A stretch of DNA of 64,000 nt from Hemiscyllium ocellatum. Lineage: Eukaryota. Location of the stretch: NCBI RefSeq assembly GCF_020745735.1, contig NC_083430.1, forward strand, positions 23,240,909 to 23,304,908, read 5' to 3'. Shown here piece by piece: positions 1 to 12,884 of the stretch (the stretch's first letter is position 1; the number at the start of each line of letters is the position of its first letter). A program made the translations under genes and the position numbers. The notes beneath the pieces are model-generated. The model ran no database searches and was not told the DNA's origin. It worked only from the letters and a program-made list of their open reading frames with translations.

Positions 1-355
1 ATTGAGGGGTAACTTGATTGAAGATCCTGAAAGGTCTTGACAAAGTGGATGTGGTAAAGATTTTTCCAGAGCTAGGGGGCATTGCTTTAAACCTAGCGAT
101 CACCCCTTCAGGACAAAAATGATGAAAATGTTTTCTTCTCAGAAGGTTGTGTGGATTTGGACCACTCTGCCTCAGAAGGCAGTGGGAATTGGACCAATGT
201 TTGTTTTTAAGACAGAGGTTGAGAAATTCTTGTTAAAACGGAGAATCAACAGATATTGGGGGAGGTGGGAACGTGGAATTCAGAACCATGAGCAAGTTAG
301 TCTCGATCTTGTTGAATGGCGGAAAAGGGTCTGGGTACCCAATGGACTATTTCTG
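1..355 (+). mobile_element. CR1-type LINE 3' end fragment (degenerate)
   Basis: gagggg-taacttgattgaa...gatcctgaaaggtcttgacaaagtggatgtgg...ttctcagaaggttgtg. Similar to other CR1 3' ends in the window (17760-18230, 26640-27000). Confidence 0.75.
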
Positions 356-692
356 CTCATTTTTCTCATGAGCATCCACCTCATAATGTTTCAGGCTATC
401 AGAAAAAACCTGAACCAATTGTGTCCAACACTAATGCCAAGAGTAACTTCTCTGCATTCACCTTCTATCCTCCCAGCAAATAAAGCACTAATAGGGATTG
501 AACTCCAGTATTGCTCCAATCTGAGAACTCAGTATGAGTTCTCCATGATCCTTCAATGGAACACTTATCTACATTACAAATCAATACCCTTCAGAGTGGT
601 CCAATGTACAGAAGACAATTTCGGCGAGTTGCTCAATAAATGTAAATCTGTTACAGAATTGTCAATAGTCCTACAGAAAGACGCTATTTTTA

Positions 693-936
693 AACTTTTT
701 CATGGGATGTAGGCTTCACTCAAGGGGCCAGCATTTATGGCCCAATCCTAATTGCCCTTGAACTGAGTAGCTTACTAGGCAGAGGGCAGTTAAGATTTAA
801 CCACATTGCTGTGACTCTAGGGTCACAGTAGGCCAGGCCAAGTAGAGATGGCAGATTTTCTAAAGAACGTGAGGTTTTGTGCCATTAGATTAGGTTTTTA
901 ATTCTAGATTATTTTAAATTCAAATATCACCATCTT
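693..936 (-). mobile_element. 3' part of a tRNA-derived shark SINE, split by the L1 insertion (5' part at 3584-3670)
   Basis: Reverse complement of the SINE at 45455-45770 (cagcaatgtggttaaatcttaactgccctct, gccataaatgctggcc). Confidence 0.7.
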
Positions 937-3583
937 TTTTTTGTAAATATTTTTATTGAGAATAAAGATTTTAGAATTTTTTAAAAATTACAAAATCACT
1001 ACAAGACAATATAACAATCTTATAAAATAACAACAATAACAGTAAACAAACTACCACTGTAGCCACAAACCACTGAGGAGAGAGAGAAATACCTAAAAAA
1101 AAACTACAATTCAGTAAATAACTTTAAAAAACTAAATTAAACCAAGTTGAACCACGGTAAATTAAAGTATGTTCAGTTAAGTTACCGCACTCAGCGCAAT
1201 CCTACCAAAGCAGCCCACCACTGGGAGCATCAGTAGGGATACCTGTACATGTTCAGAATTCTTCCTCCTGAGGTCCCCAGGCCACCAGACACAGCCTTCA
1301 TGACTACATAAAGGCCCTGACCAATATCGCTGACAAGTCCGCATCTATACATTTCAGAAAGGGCCACCATATTCTATAAACCAATTCTGTTTTCTGGTGC
1401 ACCATACTCATAAGGAAGTCCGGGAGATGTGTTCCATAACTAATCTACACGAGTCCGAGAGTCCCGGGGGATTCTCCAACACCCAACTCATTTGAGTGTT
1501 CTTCCTTGCACAGAATGAAAGAATATTAAACAGCTTCTTCCTATGTGCATCCAAAGAGGGGAGATTTGACAAACCCAAGAGGAGGGACACTGGATCCACC
1601 TTAAGCTCAGTTCCCAAGATCGATTCCAAAATACTCGCTATGCCTATGAAGCTTGTGGCATGGCCACAAACAATGAGTAAGAGTGCCATCAACTGTTTTA
1701 CATTTGGGGCACTTTGGGGATGCTCTTGTCTTAAATTTTGCAAGCCGCTACGGTGCCAAATGAGCCCTCTGGAGTTCCTTCAATTGTATAGCCTGCGTCC
1801 TATTACAAATCAAAATCTTCCTTATGTTCTCCCAAATATCCTCCCATGCCTCTAATGAGATCTGCACCCCCTGATTCTTGAGTCCAGATTCTGCTCAGCC
1901 ACTCAATGTCCTTCGAGACATGATCTCCTAACAAATGATAGAGGGCACTGCCCGAGAGAGCACCCGTGGACTGAAGCACTCTCCTCTCCATATCCGACTT
2001 ATGGGAACTAACCATTAATGTTGTCTTTTCTGTATAAAGTCCCTAATCTGTAAGTAACAAAAGAGGTCCCTCCTAGATTGCTTATATTTCTGATCCAGTT
2101 GCTCGAAAGACATCATGACTTCCCATCAAATAAATCTCTCAAACAGGAAACTCCTCTAGATTTCCACAGCTTAAAGCCAGAGTCCATCGACCCCAGCTAG
2201 AATCCATATAGGATAGTAAGGAACTCAATTGATGGTTCTTAAAGTCTGGGAAATCCAAACCTCTCACCCCCTGCAGAAGCTGCAATTTGGCAAGCTTAAT
2301 AAGAGGTTGCCTATGATGCCAGATGAAGGATATGAGCCAATTGTAAAGCGTCCGTAGTGCTTGTCTCGACAGCATCAAAGGGAGCATTTACATGGGATAT
2401 AATAAATGAGGAAGGACATTCAGTTTGACTAGAGCTATTCTACCCAACCAGGATATCGGAAGATTCTCCCAGCGCCGAAGGTCCTGCCTTATCTGCTCTA
2501 GCAACTGCACAAAGTTAGCTTTGCATAATTGATCGAAGGCTGGGGTGATAAAAATGCCTAAATACAAGAAACCTCCCTGTGATCACCTTGAAAGGGTAAT
2601 GGGTTCCGTCCCCAAGATCGGATATTCTAGTAAAGACCCTACTACAGGCATGGCCTCCGACTTCATAAAATTACATTTATACCCCGAAAACAAACCAGAT
2701 AGATTAATCACTTGTATTAAATGGGGCATAGATATCATCGGATCAGTTAAAAAGAGAAGAACGTCATCCGCATGAAAGGTAATCTTATGCCTGTCTGACC
2801 CTATCTTTGGGGCAATTATATTGGGGTCCCTCCGGATGGCCTCTGCCAATGGTTCAGTCACCTATGTAAATAATAGCAATGAGAGAGGGCACCCTTGTCG
2901 GCTGCCTCTACTGATACTAAAATTGTCCAACATTATACAATTAGTGAGAACCACTGCTTTCGAGTCACTATATAACACTGCCACCCACCTGGCAAAAACA
3001 CCTCTAATACCAAACCGCTCCAGTAAATAAAAGAGGTACAGCCACTCCATCAGTCAAACACTTTCTCTGCATCCAGGGAGATGACCAAGCCTGGAATCGA
3101 CCCTTGCTGGCATACCTGAACCATGTTTAATACTCTTCTAATATTATTAGTAGACCTACGACCTTTAATAAAACCTGTCTAGTCCTCTTTCACAATGAAA
3201 AGCAAATCTCTCTCCAACCTCATGCAAGCATTTTTGACAGAATTTTAAAATCCATGTTCAGTAACAATATGGGCCTGTATGAAATGCAGTCCTCTGGGGC
3301 TTTCCGTTTCTTGAGAATAAGAGAAATATTTGCTTCTCTCAGAGAGGATGGGAGGCAGTTCTGACTGTACGAGTAGTTGTACATATCAAACAGTGGCCCA
3401 GCCAACATGTCAATAAACTCTTTGTAAAACTCACTAAGATGGAGGCTATACCACTCTGGAGCTGCCTCATCCCTTCCTGTGTCTCTTGGATTGTTAGAGG
3501 AGCATTAAAAAAAAACGCCTGCTCTGAAGTTACACCTGGAAGGTCCAGGGTCTTAAAAAAAGGATTCCATCTTCTGCAATCTA
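937..3583 (-). mobile_element. 5'-truncated, inactivated L1-clade LINE (ORF2 RT plus C-terminal CCHC, 3'UTR, polyA)
   Basis: RT fragments EANISLILKK..YRPILLLNMDFKILSK, RGSRQGCPLSLLLF and ITFHADDVLLFL. Zinc knuckle CPKC-x7-HCLWPC near 1660-1715. AATAAA and A-tail at the left end. 16-bp TSD caaat(a/t)tcaccatctt at 921-936 and 3584-3599. Confidence 0.9.
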
Positions 3584-3734
3584 CAAATTTCACCATCTTG
3601 ATTCAAACTTACATCCCCGGAATATTAACCTGAGGTTCTGGGTTACTTAACTACTGACATTATCACTACTCCATTCCCTCACTCACAGCAACACATCCAT
3701 TTGACAACTTTTAAAAACATTATCACCATCCCAT

Positions 3735-4135
3735 CATGATCAACACAAGACTCCCCTAACAGTTGCTCTGCTGCCAGCTTTGAGATGACAAACGACCCCC
3801 AGTTGGACAGCAGAAGCCCTTCGGAGATACCCTCAAAGCCTCACTGGCAAAGTGCAGTATTCCCACAGGCACCTGGGAATCACTGGCCCAAGACCGTCCA
3901 TCGGTAAGGTGTGGAGCATCTTGAGACTTGACATTGGAAAAGTAAAGAAGCCAGGTGGAAACAGTGAAAGGAGCACGCTGCCACACCAATCTCCCACCCA
4001 CTCCTTCCTGTGACCACCACCAGCCCCCTAGTGTAACATAGCCTGTGGTAGCCGCATCAGTCTATACAACAACCTACAAACTCACCCTGAGAGTGAGAGA
4101 TAGTCAGCCTCATCTGTGAGGGACTGCCAATGTAC
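3735..4135 (+). mobile_element. RTE-clade LINE 3' fragment
   Basis: Encodes GQQK..DTLKASLAKCSIPTGTWESLAQDRP, the typical RTE ORF C-terminus. Confidence 0.7.
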
Positions 4136-5212
4136 TGTTCGCAACTCAAGACAAAATTGTCGGAACTTCAAATTAGATTTCATTTTTTAAATACACAGCT
4201 TATCCCATATAAACACTTCATTCAACATTGAAATTCGCTCTTTAAAATGCTGTGCTCTTCTAATCCAGGAAGTTTGATTTTTTTCTGCTTTTTTTTTCAC
4301 AATGTGGTTCAAAGGTTTGAGGCAAAAATGCAATTCAAACCAGATGGATGAAATCCAGCCACCTCCAGCTCCTTAGCTTTCTACTCCATCTCCTCCTCTA
4401 CTCTCCAGCCTCCCCCTCCCCCTCAACTGAAGCAGCTCAATTTCAAATCTTCTCCATATATGGACTAGCAGGCTGCAGTGTGTGTGATCACATCAGCGTT
4501 TGTTCTGATTGTAGCTGACCCATATCTGCAAGGTTGGTGCCCTTTCTGAGGAACAGGGGAACAGTACTGAAGTACAAAGCTAAGCAGAAGCATTAAATGT
4601 TTATGCACCTAATTACAGGACAGACTTATGTTAAACATTCTTCCAGATTTGACAAGGGTGGCCAGGCAGAGTGAGGGAGAATGCGATGAAATTTGTAAAA
4701 ATTACAAATTCATTCCCAAACACTTCTAAAGGGAAGCTTTGTTTGTCCCTTTGCAAGTACTATAATCCCCTATAATTGTGTATCTTAAAATTCACAATAA
4801 TAAGTTCAGTTCTGTTCTCCTTATAGTGGGAAAAAACAGATTCTTGAGACTGACTTCCAGTCTGTGCAACCGAAGGGATTGATTTGGATGGCATCATAAA
4901 ACATCCACATCAAAATCTGAGCAATTATCAGCTTAATCCCAATGTTGGGTCCCAGCCATTAATTGGTTTCCTGTGATTCTCTTTTTTATTATTAAAACTG
5001 CTTGTAGATCTGCCGTCACTCAGACTGAGCCAGGGAATGAACTGTTTTATAGCATGTGTGTTAATACTCAATGTGATATTTAATAAATAGTTGATCTCCT
5101 AATAAAAAGCAAATGTGCCTTTCTTTTATCCTCATTGTTTCTTATTTTCACTTCAGTGTGACACTACGGCTTTACCCCTGAAGGAAGAACATTATTTGTT
5201 TGCATAGTGATG

Positions 5213-5310
5213 GGATGCAGTAGCATTGTGGTTATGCTTCTGGGGTAGTAATCCAGAGTTCTGTACTAATAATCTCAAATTCATTAGTTCAAATCTCACC
5301 ATAGCAGTAG
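5213..5310 (+). mobile_element. 5' part of a tRNA-derived SINE whose 3' part resumes at about 9130-9385
   Basis: gtggttatg...agtaatccagag...gttcaaatctcaccatagcag matches the head of the 45455 SINE. 9130-9385 matches its body and tail. Confidence 0.6.
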
Positions 5311-6439
5311 GAGGAAACAGTCCACTACTGGGCAAAGTGAGCCCCTACAGGTAGAGGGTGTTCAACTTTAGACTCCTCACCAAATTCAACAAGGAAATCC
5401 TAGCCCTTACAGGACAAAATTGGGAACATTGCTGCAGGTATACCACAACATCAATGTCCCATTGACCAAGTTCCACTCTACTCCACTGCGATTTGCACAA
5501 TAACCTTGTTGTCAGTGTCGTCCTACTTCTAACTACTGATTGTAATGCCCTCTTTCTCTCTATTGGCCTGCAGGCACTGCTGGGGTGTCCACCATTTCCA
5601 TGGTGAAACAGTCGGTTCCACCAGAAACCACCGCCTTGATTCTGACGACTAGAGGTCTCAGAGAACACATCAGCAAGTCTGCCTCCTTCATCCCTCACCA
5701 GCTCTGATACTGACACTGTGGTGGGAACATTAGCCTTGGACAATATGAGAGCACAATCTGGTGACAGCTCTAAGGCTGGTCAAGGAAGAAATGCATAGGG
5801 AGTGGGCACTTGGAGGACTGTTAGAGAAAACAGAGATGAACCCATGGCGTTGGCATCAGGGACTTCAGTTGAATGCACAGAGAGGAACAAGAGCAGCTGA
5901 CAGGTGTATTGAACACAGAGGCCCTCATTAGATAGAAGCTGTATCCAATCACGTGACTACCTAGCTGCCTCATGGACAGGTTGATGGTTGCCTTGGAGAT
6001 CCAGGTCCAGCACCTGCAGGGGCTGCTGTAGTGGTGCACATACCTACACTCAGTGCCCCACCCATTGGCTCTCACGACTGAAGGCAATGGTGGCGAGAGG
6101 ACACAGAACCTGGCACACACTACAGGTGCCTCTTCCTCACAAGGTGACAGGGCAGTGCCAGGAGGCACCCAGTGGTAGGTGGGTGACACACAACTCTCTT
6201 AGAAATCTTCACTTAGGACATCGTACAAGTGGCCAGAGTCTCCAAACCCCCACTTGTGTGGCATTTGTTTATTAATGGCAGTACTTTCACCTCACACTTG
6301 TTTGTTTGTCTCTCTTACTAGCGCTTACTGTAATTGCTCCAGCATGAAGCATAATTTTCATTCCATGGACGTGTACCTACATCAATGCCCTGTGGCTGCT
6401 GCATCAGCTGGAAGGAAAAGGACAGTAAGACAATAAAAA

Positions 6440-7160
6440 GAGAAATGGAAGTAGGCCTTTTGGCTCCTCCAGCCTGCCTCACCGTTCAACAAGATCATGG
6501 CTGATCCAACTTTCCTCATGTCCATTTTCTTGCCTTTTTCTAATAACACTTCATTCTCTTACTGTTCAAGAATCTACCTACCTCAGCCTTAAATATACAC
6601 AAGGACTCTCTCCTGACAGCTGTCTGTGGCCAGGAGTTCAAAAGACTCATAACCTTCATAGATGAAATTCCTCCTCATTTCAGTATTAATTTGGTGTCCT
6701 TTATTCTGAGACAATCCCTCTGGTCCAAGACTCTTTCATGAGGGGAAACATCCTCTCAGCATTTACACTGTCAAGCCTCTTAAGAATCCAACATGTTTCA
6801 ATTAAATCTCTCATTCTTCTAAACTCCAGTGAGTAGTGTCCTGACCTGTTTAGCCGTTGCTCATAAGACAATCCTTCCACACCTGGGATCATTCCAGTAA
6901 GACTTCTCTGAATTGCCTCCAATGAAATGAATTGTCTTTTTAAATAAGGGACCAAAACTGCTCACAGCACTCCAGATGTGGTCTCACCAGTATCTTGTAC
7001 AGCAGCAAAAAGACTTCCCTACACTTATTCTCCAACTCCCTTGAAAGAGTAGCCAATGTTCCATTAGCCTTGCTGATTACTTGCTGCATCTGTCAGCCAA
7101 CTTTCTGTGTTTCATGCACAAGTATCCTCATGTCCCTTTGTGCTGCAGTTTTCTGTGGCT
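6440..7160 (-). mobile_element. CR1-type LINE 3' fragment
   Basis: ORF 6701..6955 (LEAIQRSLTGMIPGVEGLSYEQRLNRSGHYSLEFRRMRDLIET) is the CR1 ORF2 C-terminus. Confidence 0.9.
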
Positions 7161-8767
7161 ACAGGAACAGGTGTACACAGGACAATAGCTACTGTTGACA
7201 CCTCATGTCACCCAGCATACAACCTCCCTATTCTTTCCTTCACCTCTGTCTCCAAAAGTGTTGGTGTGAATAAGGGTGAGGAGATGCATTCCAAACAGGG
7301 GGGAATGCATTTGGATTGGCAGGGATGGTGATACTGAGCAGTCCTTAGTGAGTGACACAGCTTCAACTTCTTCATGTCAGTAAGGCCTCAAACATTCCAA
7401 AACACTTCCTGGTAGCCTTTTCCATAAACCCCATAGGCTTCACAATGTCTTCAGTCTCCACCCAACCCATCTATGTGAGCCTGTAACTGCCTACCATTGC
7501 CCACATCCCCTGGCATATCAGGAGACCATACCAAATGTAGTCACATGCTGCTCCCACCCTCCCACCCGAAGCCAGGGTGCTCCTGAACAGGGACAATCTC
7601 CCTTCCTGTGTGACCCCCTTTCCCTCCATGCTTTACGGTCCCCTCTCCCCGCAGGTACTGTTACCTCCTTTCACAATTGAATCTCCCCTTCCACTGAGCC
7701 AGCAGTCACCAGTCCCAAAGAATAATTTGTTGATTCTTCTTCCCCTGGTAGCAGTATTGCCCTTTCCTCTTAATATCAGTGGACAGACCCAACAGACAGA
7801 CCATGGCCCTCCTTCTTGAGCGACTGAACTGACAGCCCTGGATGCAAAGTGCCGAGACTGATAACTCAATGACTGTGATAGCACTATCATCTTTAATACC
7901 ATACCCGCCAACCACCAACTATGGAGTTATGGGACATAACATGACCCACTGCCTGGATGGCAATGGCTCTGACACCCCGACCAGGGTAGCCTCATTTGTC
8001 TTTAGCTAATCTCCTGGACTGGTATCAGAGCTTGCCCTTAACGTACTGTGTCAGGACCCTCTATCTGGCGCCTTCCTCCTTTGACTTCAGTGAAGACAAT
8101 TCACTAAAGTATAAGCAGCTAGCACATGGTACAGATATGAAATTGATATAGCTCATTGCAGCACAGCAAGGTATACACCCCATTGACTGAGGACTGCTGA
8201 CCAGCAAGCTGCCTGGTTTTCTGAATGTCCAAACTGACATAGTACAGCATGACAAGGCAAAACACGGATGCTGCAAGCATACAAGTAACCATTCAGTGAA
8301 TGGGTGCGAAGAGACCAAGTGAGCAGCCTTGAGATGCAGTCTGGTCCAATCCATGAACTGAGTGCCTGTCCCTGAACACAAAGTGTTCCTGCTGCAGTCT
8401 TTTAAAATGAGTTGCCAATGCACCCCTGCATTGAACGTCTCTGCTTCCACAACGCCCTGCCAGTGTATTGGAGAGTGCCATGATGGTCATGAAGTGTGAG
8501 TATTAGGTGCCAACGTCCATGAACATTGGTTGTGGTGGATTGTGCCCTGAGATGCTGTTTGGTCATGGGCAACATGAAGATACTTTGGAGCAAGTGATGA
8601 GCTGAATCTGCACTGATATCCATTTCAGGTTTTCCTCAACATCGAGCTTGTTTGGCACATTTGTAAAGTAAGAAAGTGAATTTAACAAGGGAAGTTTGGC
8701 ATTAACAAGGCGTTTAACAAGCAATAATCGACTTGAGTTGCCCTTAACTCTGCCTTAACTCACTGTT

Positions 8768-8955
8768 AGTAGACAGGCGAGAGGCTGGAAGAATACAGCA
8801 AGCTAGGCAGCATCAGGAGGTGGAGAAGTCGATGTTTCGGGTTTAACGGTTCCACCTCAAATGTCGAATTCTCCACCTCCTGATGCTGCCTGGCTTGCTG
8901 TGTTCTTCCAGCCTCCTGCCTGTCTACTTTGGATTCCAGTACCTGCAGTTTTTTA
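8768..8955. repeat. Head-to-head palindromic pair of short Penelope-derived terminal elements
   Basis: About 70-bp arms agtagacaggc..gtcgatgttt / aaatgtcga..gcctgtctact. Flanking near-direct repeat ttaact(c/t)actg at 8755-8765 and 8960-8970. Confidence 0.8.
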
Positions 8956-10946
8956 ATCTTTAACTTACTGCTGCTTATTAAGACACCCACTGCTCTGCTG
9001 GTCATAAGCAGAAAAGATAGAGTGAGATGTCCCTGATGTTGAAATCAGCCTCACCGGATCTCCCATCTAATTCTGCCACAATTCCCATCATAGCCCAGAT
9101 TGCTCAAACCCCCATATGATTCTGCTCCATGAAACCACTGGATCATCAGAAAATTTCCCCCGGTTTACTCATGCCCCTCAGGGCAGGAGATCTGCTGTCC
9201 TTAATGGGTCTGGCCTGTATGTGGTTCCAGATCCATAACAATGTGGATGACTCTTGACCATTCTCCAAAATTGCCTCACATTCTACTCACTCATATTCAT
9301 GAAGGTTCACTACCACTTCTTCAAGGACAATTAAGAATGGCCAATTTGCATCGCTCACATTCTTTAACTGAATTAAGAAAAAGTTTTAAGAGTGCTTTAA
9401 TTTCTTTCCACATGTTCTTCTCTTGTAATATATGAAACTAGTCATTAATTATATTGGTGTGCTTTGCTGCATGGAATTTCACTGGGATTTGCCCTTTACT
9501 TTGGTGTACAATAATGTTTAATTTTTGACAGAAATTGCACCGACAAGTTATTGGAATATCAACTTTCCTTTTAATTTTTGAATAAATAAGACTGCACATA
9601 TCGCAAAATTGAATGATGTGTTTGGTTTGTAAGCATGAAAAGCATCAACCAGAAGAAAAGAATGTGACCACTATGAGCAAAAAAGTGAGAGATAAATAAT
9701 TTTGTGATAACTTGTCTGCTCAAAATTTAAATACATTTTACCAGAATTTGCTTGTTAATCTGCATAGTGATTAAGTGAAGAAGGTTCAAACTGACACAGA
9801 GGGAGTAAATTTTGTTGATGTGCACATTGAAATTTCACAGCTTGGTGCAGATTAATTTTGGAGGTTTGTAACACAAATCATGGCACAATGGTAATGCCTA
9901 ATGCTGGTCCTGGAATAGGAATACCGATAGCTTTGAAGACTACATTAGTAATATTTGGCATCAGAATATTTTGGGTGTCAGATAAAGTTTAAACTGGCAC
10001 ATACCACCTTTCCCACTTTCTATAAGAATTTGAAACACTTCTTCACTGTTTTAGACATGAAAACGTCAGATGAAGTATTTATATTGATACAACTCGATAA
10101 TGTAATAAAGAATACTCGATGGAAAATTCAATGTGTAACCTCAAGAGCACATTTCTGTAACTAGTTATCATTTGACAGTGATACTGATTTGCTGCCATGA
10201 CCTCCAGCATTTGAAATTAAACTATAAAATTCTGGATGAGAAAGTCTACTGAGAAACATAAACATATAACATAAAATCGCAGTGTACTGTATATACTCAA
10301 GTAAAAGTCGACCCCTGTTTTTGGCCAAAAAGTCTGGAATTTTCCATATATCTTGTGGAAAAATCAACCTTAGTTCTTTACAGATTATAGATCAACATTT
10401 GTGAGTCAAGGTATTATCCTTTACATAGATGTTACAATGAGGAAATTTTTTTTGTGCTCTTATGTGATTTGATGTACAATTCACACCAATTTGATATGGA
10501 CGTCAGGTCAGAGCCAGGTGACAACCAACCTCGTGGAATACAGTCATGTACTGGTGTCTAGTTGAGGTTTTGAAATCCTTCATTGTTTATGCCTTCTAGA
10601 AAAACAAAACAATATACAGCAGCATTTAAGCTGAAAGTTATTGAAGTTGCAGAGAAGACAAATAATTGTGTAGAAGCAAGAAAACTTAGTGTTTCGGAGA
10701 AACCAATGAGAGACTGGAGAAAGGTATTGAACCAACTTCCTACAATGCTGAAATGAAAGTGTGCCAACAGAAGTAAACCTAACGAGTGGTCACAATTGGA
10801 GAAAAGAAGTTGCTAATTTGGTATTGAAAAACAGAAAATGTGTGAGTCGTAGAGTCATCCGAATCCATGCATGAAGCGAATCAACGAAGAATGGAATTTT
10901 GGATCTTAAGGCAAGTGCTGGATGGTGCACAAGATTCATGAGAAGG

Positions 10947-11130
10947 CTTGATGTGGAGGAGCTGGTGATGGACTAGGGTGGACAAATCTGAAAGTCACAC
11001 AACACCAAGTTATAGTCCAACAGGTGTAATTGGTAGCACTGTTCCTTCATCAGGTGGTTCTGGAGTATAAGATTGCAGGACACAGAATTTATAACAAAAG
11101 TTTACAGTGTGATGTAACTGAAATTATATA
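10947..11130. mobile_element. Penelope-like repeat fragment inserted in the pogo element
   Basis: gtggaggagctggtgatggactagggtggacaaa...aacaccaagttatagtccaacagg...ccttcatcaggtgg. Abruptly interrupts the transposase frame and contains a CTGATGAAGG remnant on the minus strand. Confidence 0.6.
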
Positions 11131-11707
11131 AGAAGAGAATAAAGAAAATTTACAGCCCAGGAACAGGCCCTTCGGCAAATGAAGTGGAATAACTGGATGC
11201 GTGATGGGAAAAAAACATACATGAAAGGAGGCAGTGTGCGTGATCCATCATTGCCACTGATCTGTGAATGGATCGTTGATTCATGGAAGGAAATAATAGC
11301 TGACATTATTTTCAAATCATTCAAGAAATGTGGAATTTCAAATGTATTAGACGGTACAGAGGATGGATCATCTCTGGGATAACACAGCTGATGGTGAAGA
11401 AGAAGAAGTGGATGATGTGCTACTCTAACTACAGACAGCGAAGCTGAAGAGCATCCATATGATGATATCACTCACCCTGATGCTTGTGAAGTTTAATTCA
11501 GTGTTGAAGATATTGTAGGATTTTAGAGGATTCCAATAAACGTTTGCATTTGACAAGTTTAATTTAAAATGTACCATGTAATTGTGGTTTAAATGTATAA
11601 ATAAAAGCTTACCAATTTGATTGTCTTTATCTGATAATTACCATAGTTCATTGTGTTTTTTTTCTTTATTCGTTTAGAGATCAATTGGGCTTCTGTTAAT
11701 GATATCT

Positions 11708-11975
11708 TAGAATCATAGAACTCCTATAGTGTGGAAACAGGCCCTTTGACCCAACAAGTCCACACCGACCCTCAAGAGTAACCCACCCAGACCCATTCCC
11801 CTATCCTATTATCCTATATTTACCCCTAACTAATGCACCTAACCCACACATCCCTGAACACTATGGACAATTTAGTATGGCCAATCAACCTAACCTGCAC
11901 TCCTTTGGATTGTGGGAGGAAACTGGAGCACCCGGAGGAAACCCATGCAGACATGGGAAGAATGTGCAAACTCCT
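11708..11975 (-). mobile_element. HE1-type V-SINE (5' truncated) nested in the pogo element
   Basis: V-domain ggattgtgggaggaaactggagcacccggaggaaacccatgcagac on the plus strand; same family as 26025-26325. Confidence 0.85.
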
Positions 11976-12884
11976 CATATGGTATTTTAGAATTTACAAT
12001 CTGGTGGACTATGCAAGGAAAGGAGTTTGCTCGAGCCCCTCAAAAGCAGTATCCATGTAATAGTAAACCTTGTAAATTTAACCTTACAAAATGGTCTAAA
12101 AATTTGACTTTTACATGAATATATATGATATCCACAGCATAAACCATTGAGGTGGCATGATCTACATTTGGAGATAGTGCTGGGGTCTGAAACACACAGA
12201 TGATTTTGTTCAAAGTGGTGGGAATATGCCAACAAATGATAAACCATGCCTGACATTCATTCATAACTTTCTGATTTCCTGATCTGTACCAAGAAGTAAA
12301 GTGCGCTTACGTGTGGCAGACTGGGAGCACCCCTACCTCTGGGCCAGAAACTCCAGGTTTTAAACCCATGATAGGACCTGTAGGTCATGGAGGTATATTT
12401 GTAACAGGTTGATTATCATGTATTTGATGGAGGGCAGTTAGAGCAGGAGATCAGCCATCCCACAGCAAGCAATGGCAACCCACTGTATTAAGCTTGGCCT
12501 AATACAATGGAGATCTGTGGCCCCAGTCTTTGGAAACAAGAACAAGCACGTCCAAAAAATACATTGCACCCACAATTTACTTAACAATGCTCTCACAGAC
12601 ATGTGACTACTCTGAGCCTGAAATACTTCGAAGGGCTAGTCACTGTTAAATGGTACCTCAGTACAATCATTTTGCAAACAGATAAGTCCTCCAATTAATG
12701 AAATGAATAAACAATTAATTCACATTGTTTATTATTTGTTTGTTGAGGGATGAATGTTCCTCAGAACACTCAGAGAAATCCCTACTCTCCTCACATGAGT
12801 GTTCTGGGACCTTTCAAGTTCTATCTGATGAGCTGGAATAGTAATCAAGTCCTCAGTTTACCTGCTCATCTCAGATACTGCATA

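Larger units (their letters stand above)
5311..9128. mobile_element. Large degenerate insertion, possibly a PIF/Harbinger-type DNA transposon remnant, with nested CR1 and PLE pieces
   Basis: GC-richer block separating two halves of one SINE. Ends in atgattctgctc, resembling the gggcagaat-type termini at 22558/38836/40003. No intact transposase is visible. Confidence 0.3.
10287..12128 (+). mobile_element. pogo/Tc2-group (POGK-like) DNA transposon, internally deleted
   Basis: TA-flanked imperfect TIRs (ctgtatatactcaagtaaaagtcga / ttgacttttacatgaatatatatga). From ATG 10589, MPSRKTKQYTAAFKLKVIEVAEKTNNC..RDWRK (Brinker-type DBD). KASAGWCTRFMRR (CENP-B/Tc5 HTH) near 10910-10945. C-terminus ICEWIVDSWKEI..KSFKKCGISNVLDGTED in ORF 11179..11382. 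Confidence 0.88.

Noticed and set aside
119-712. 197-aa ORF, the longest in the track
   Set aside because: Starts in a decayed CR1 3' end and runs into unrelated sequence; no recognisable domain or splice structure.
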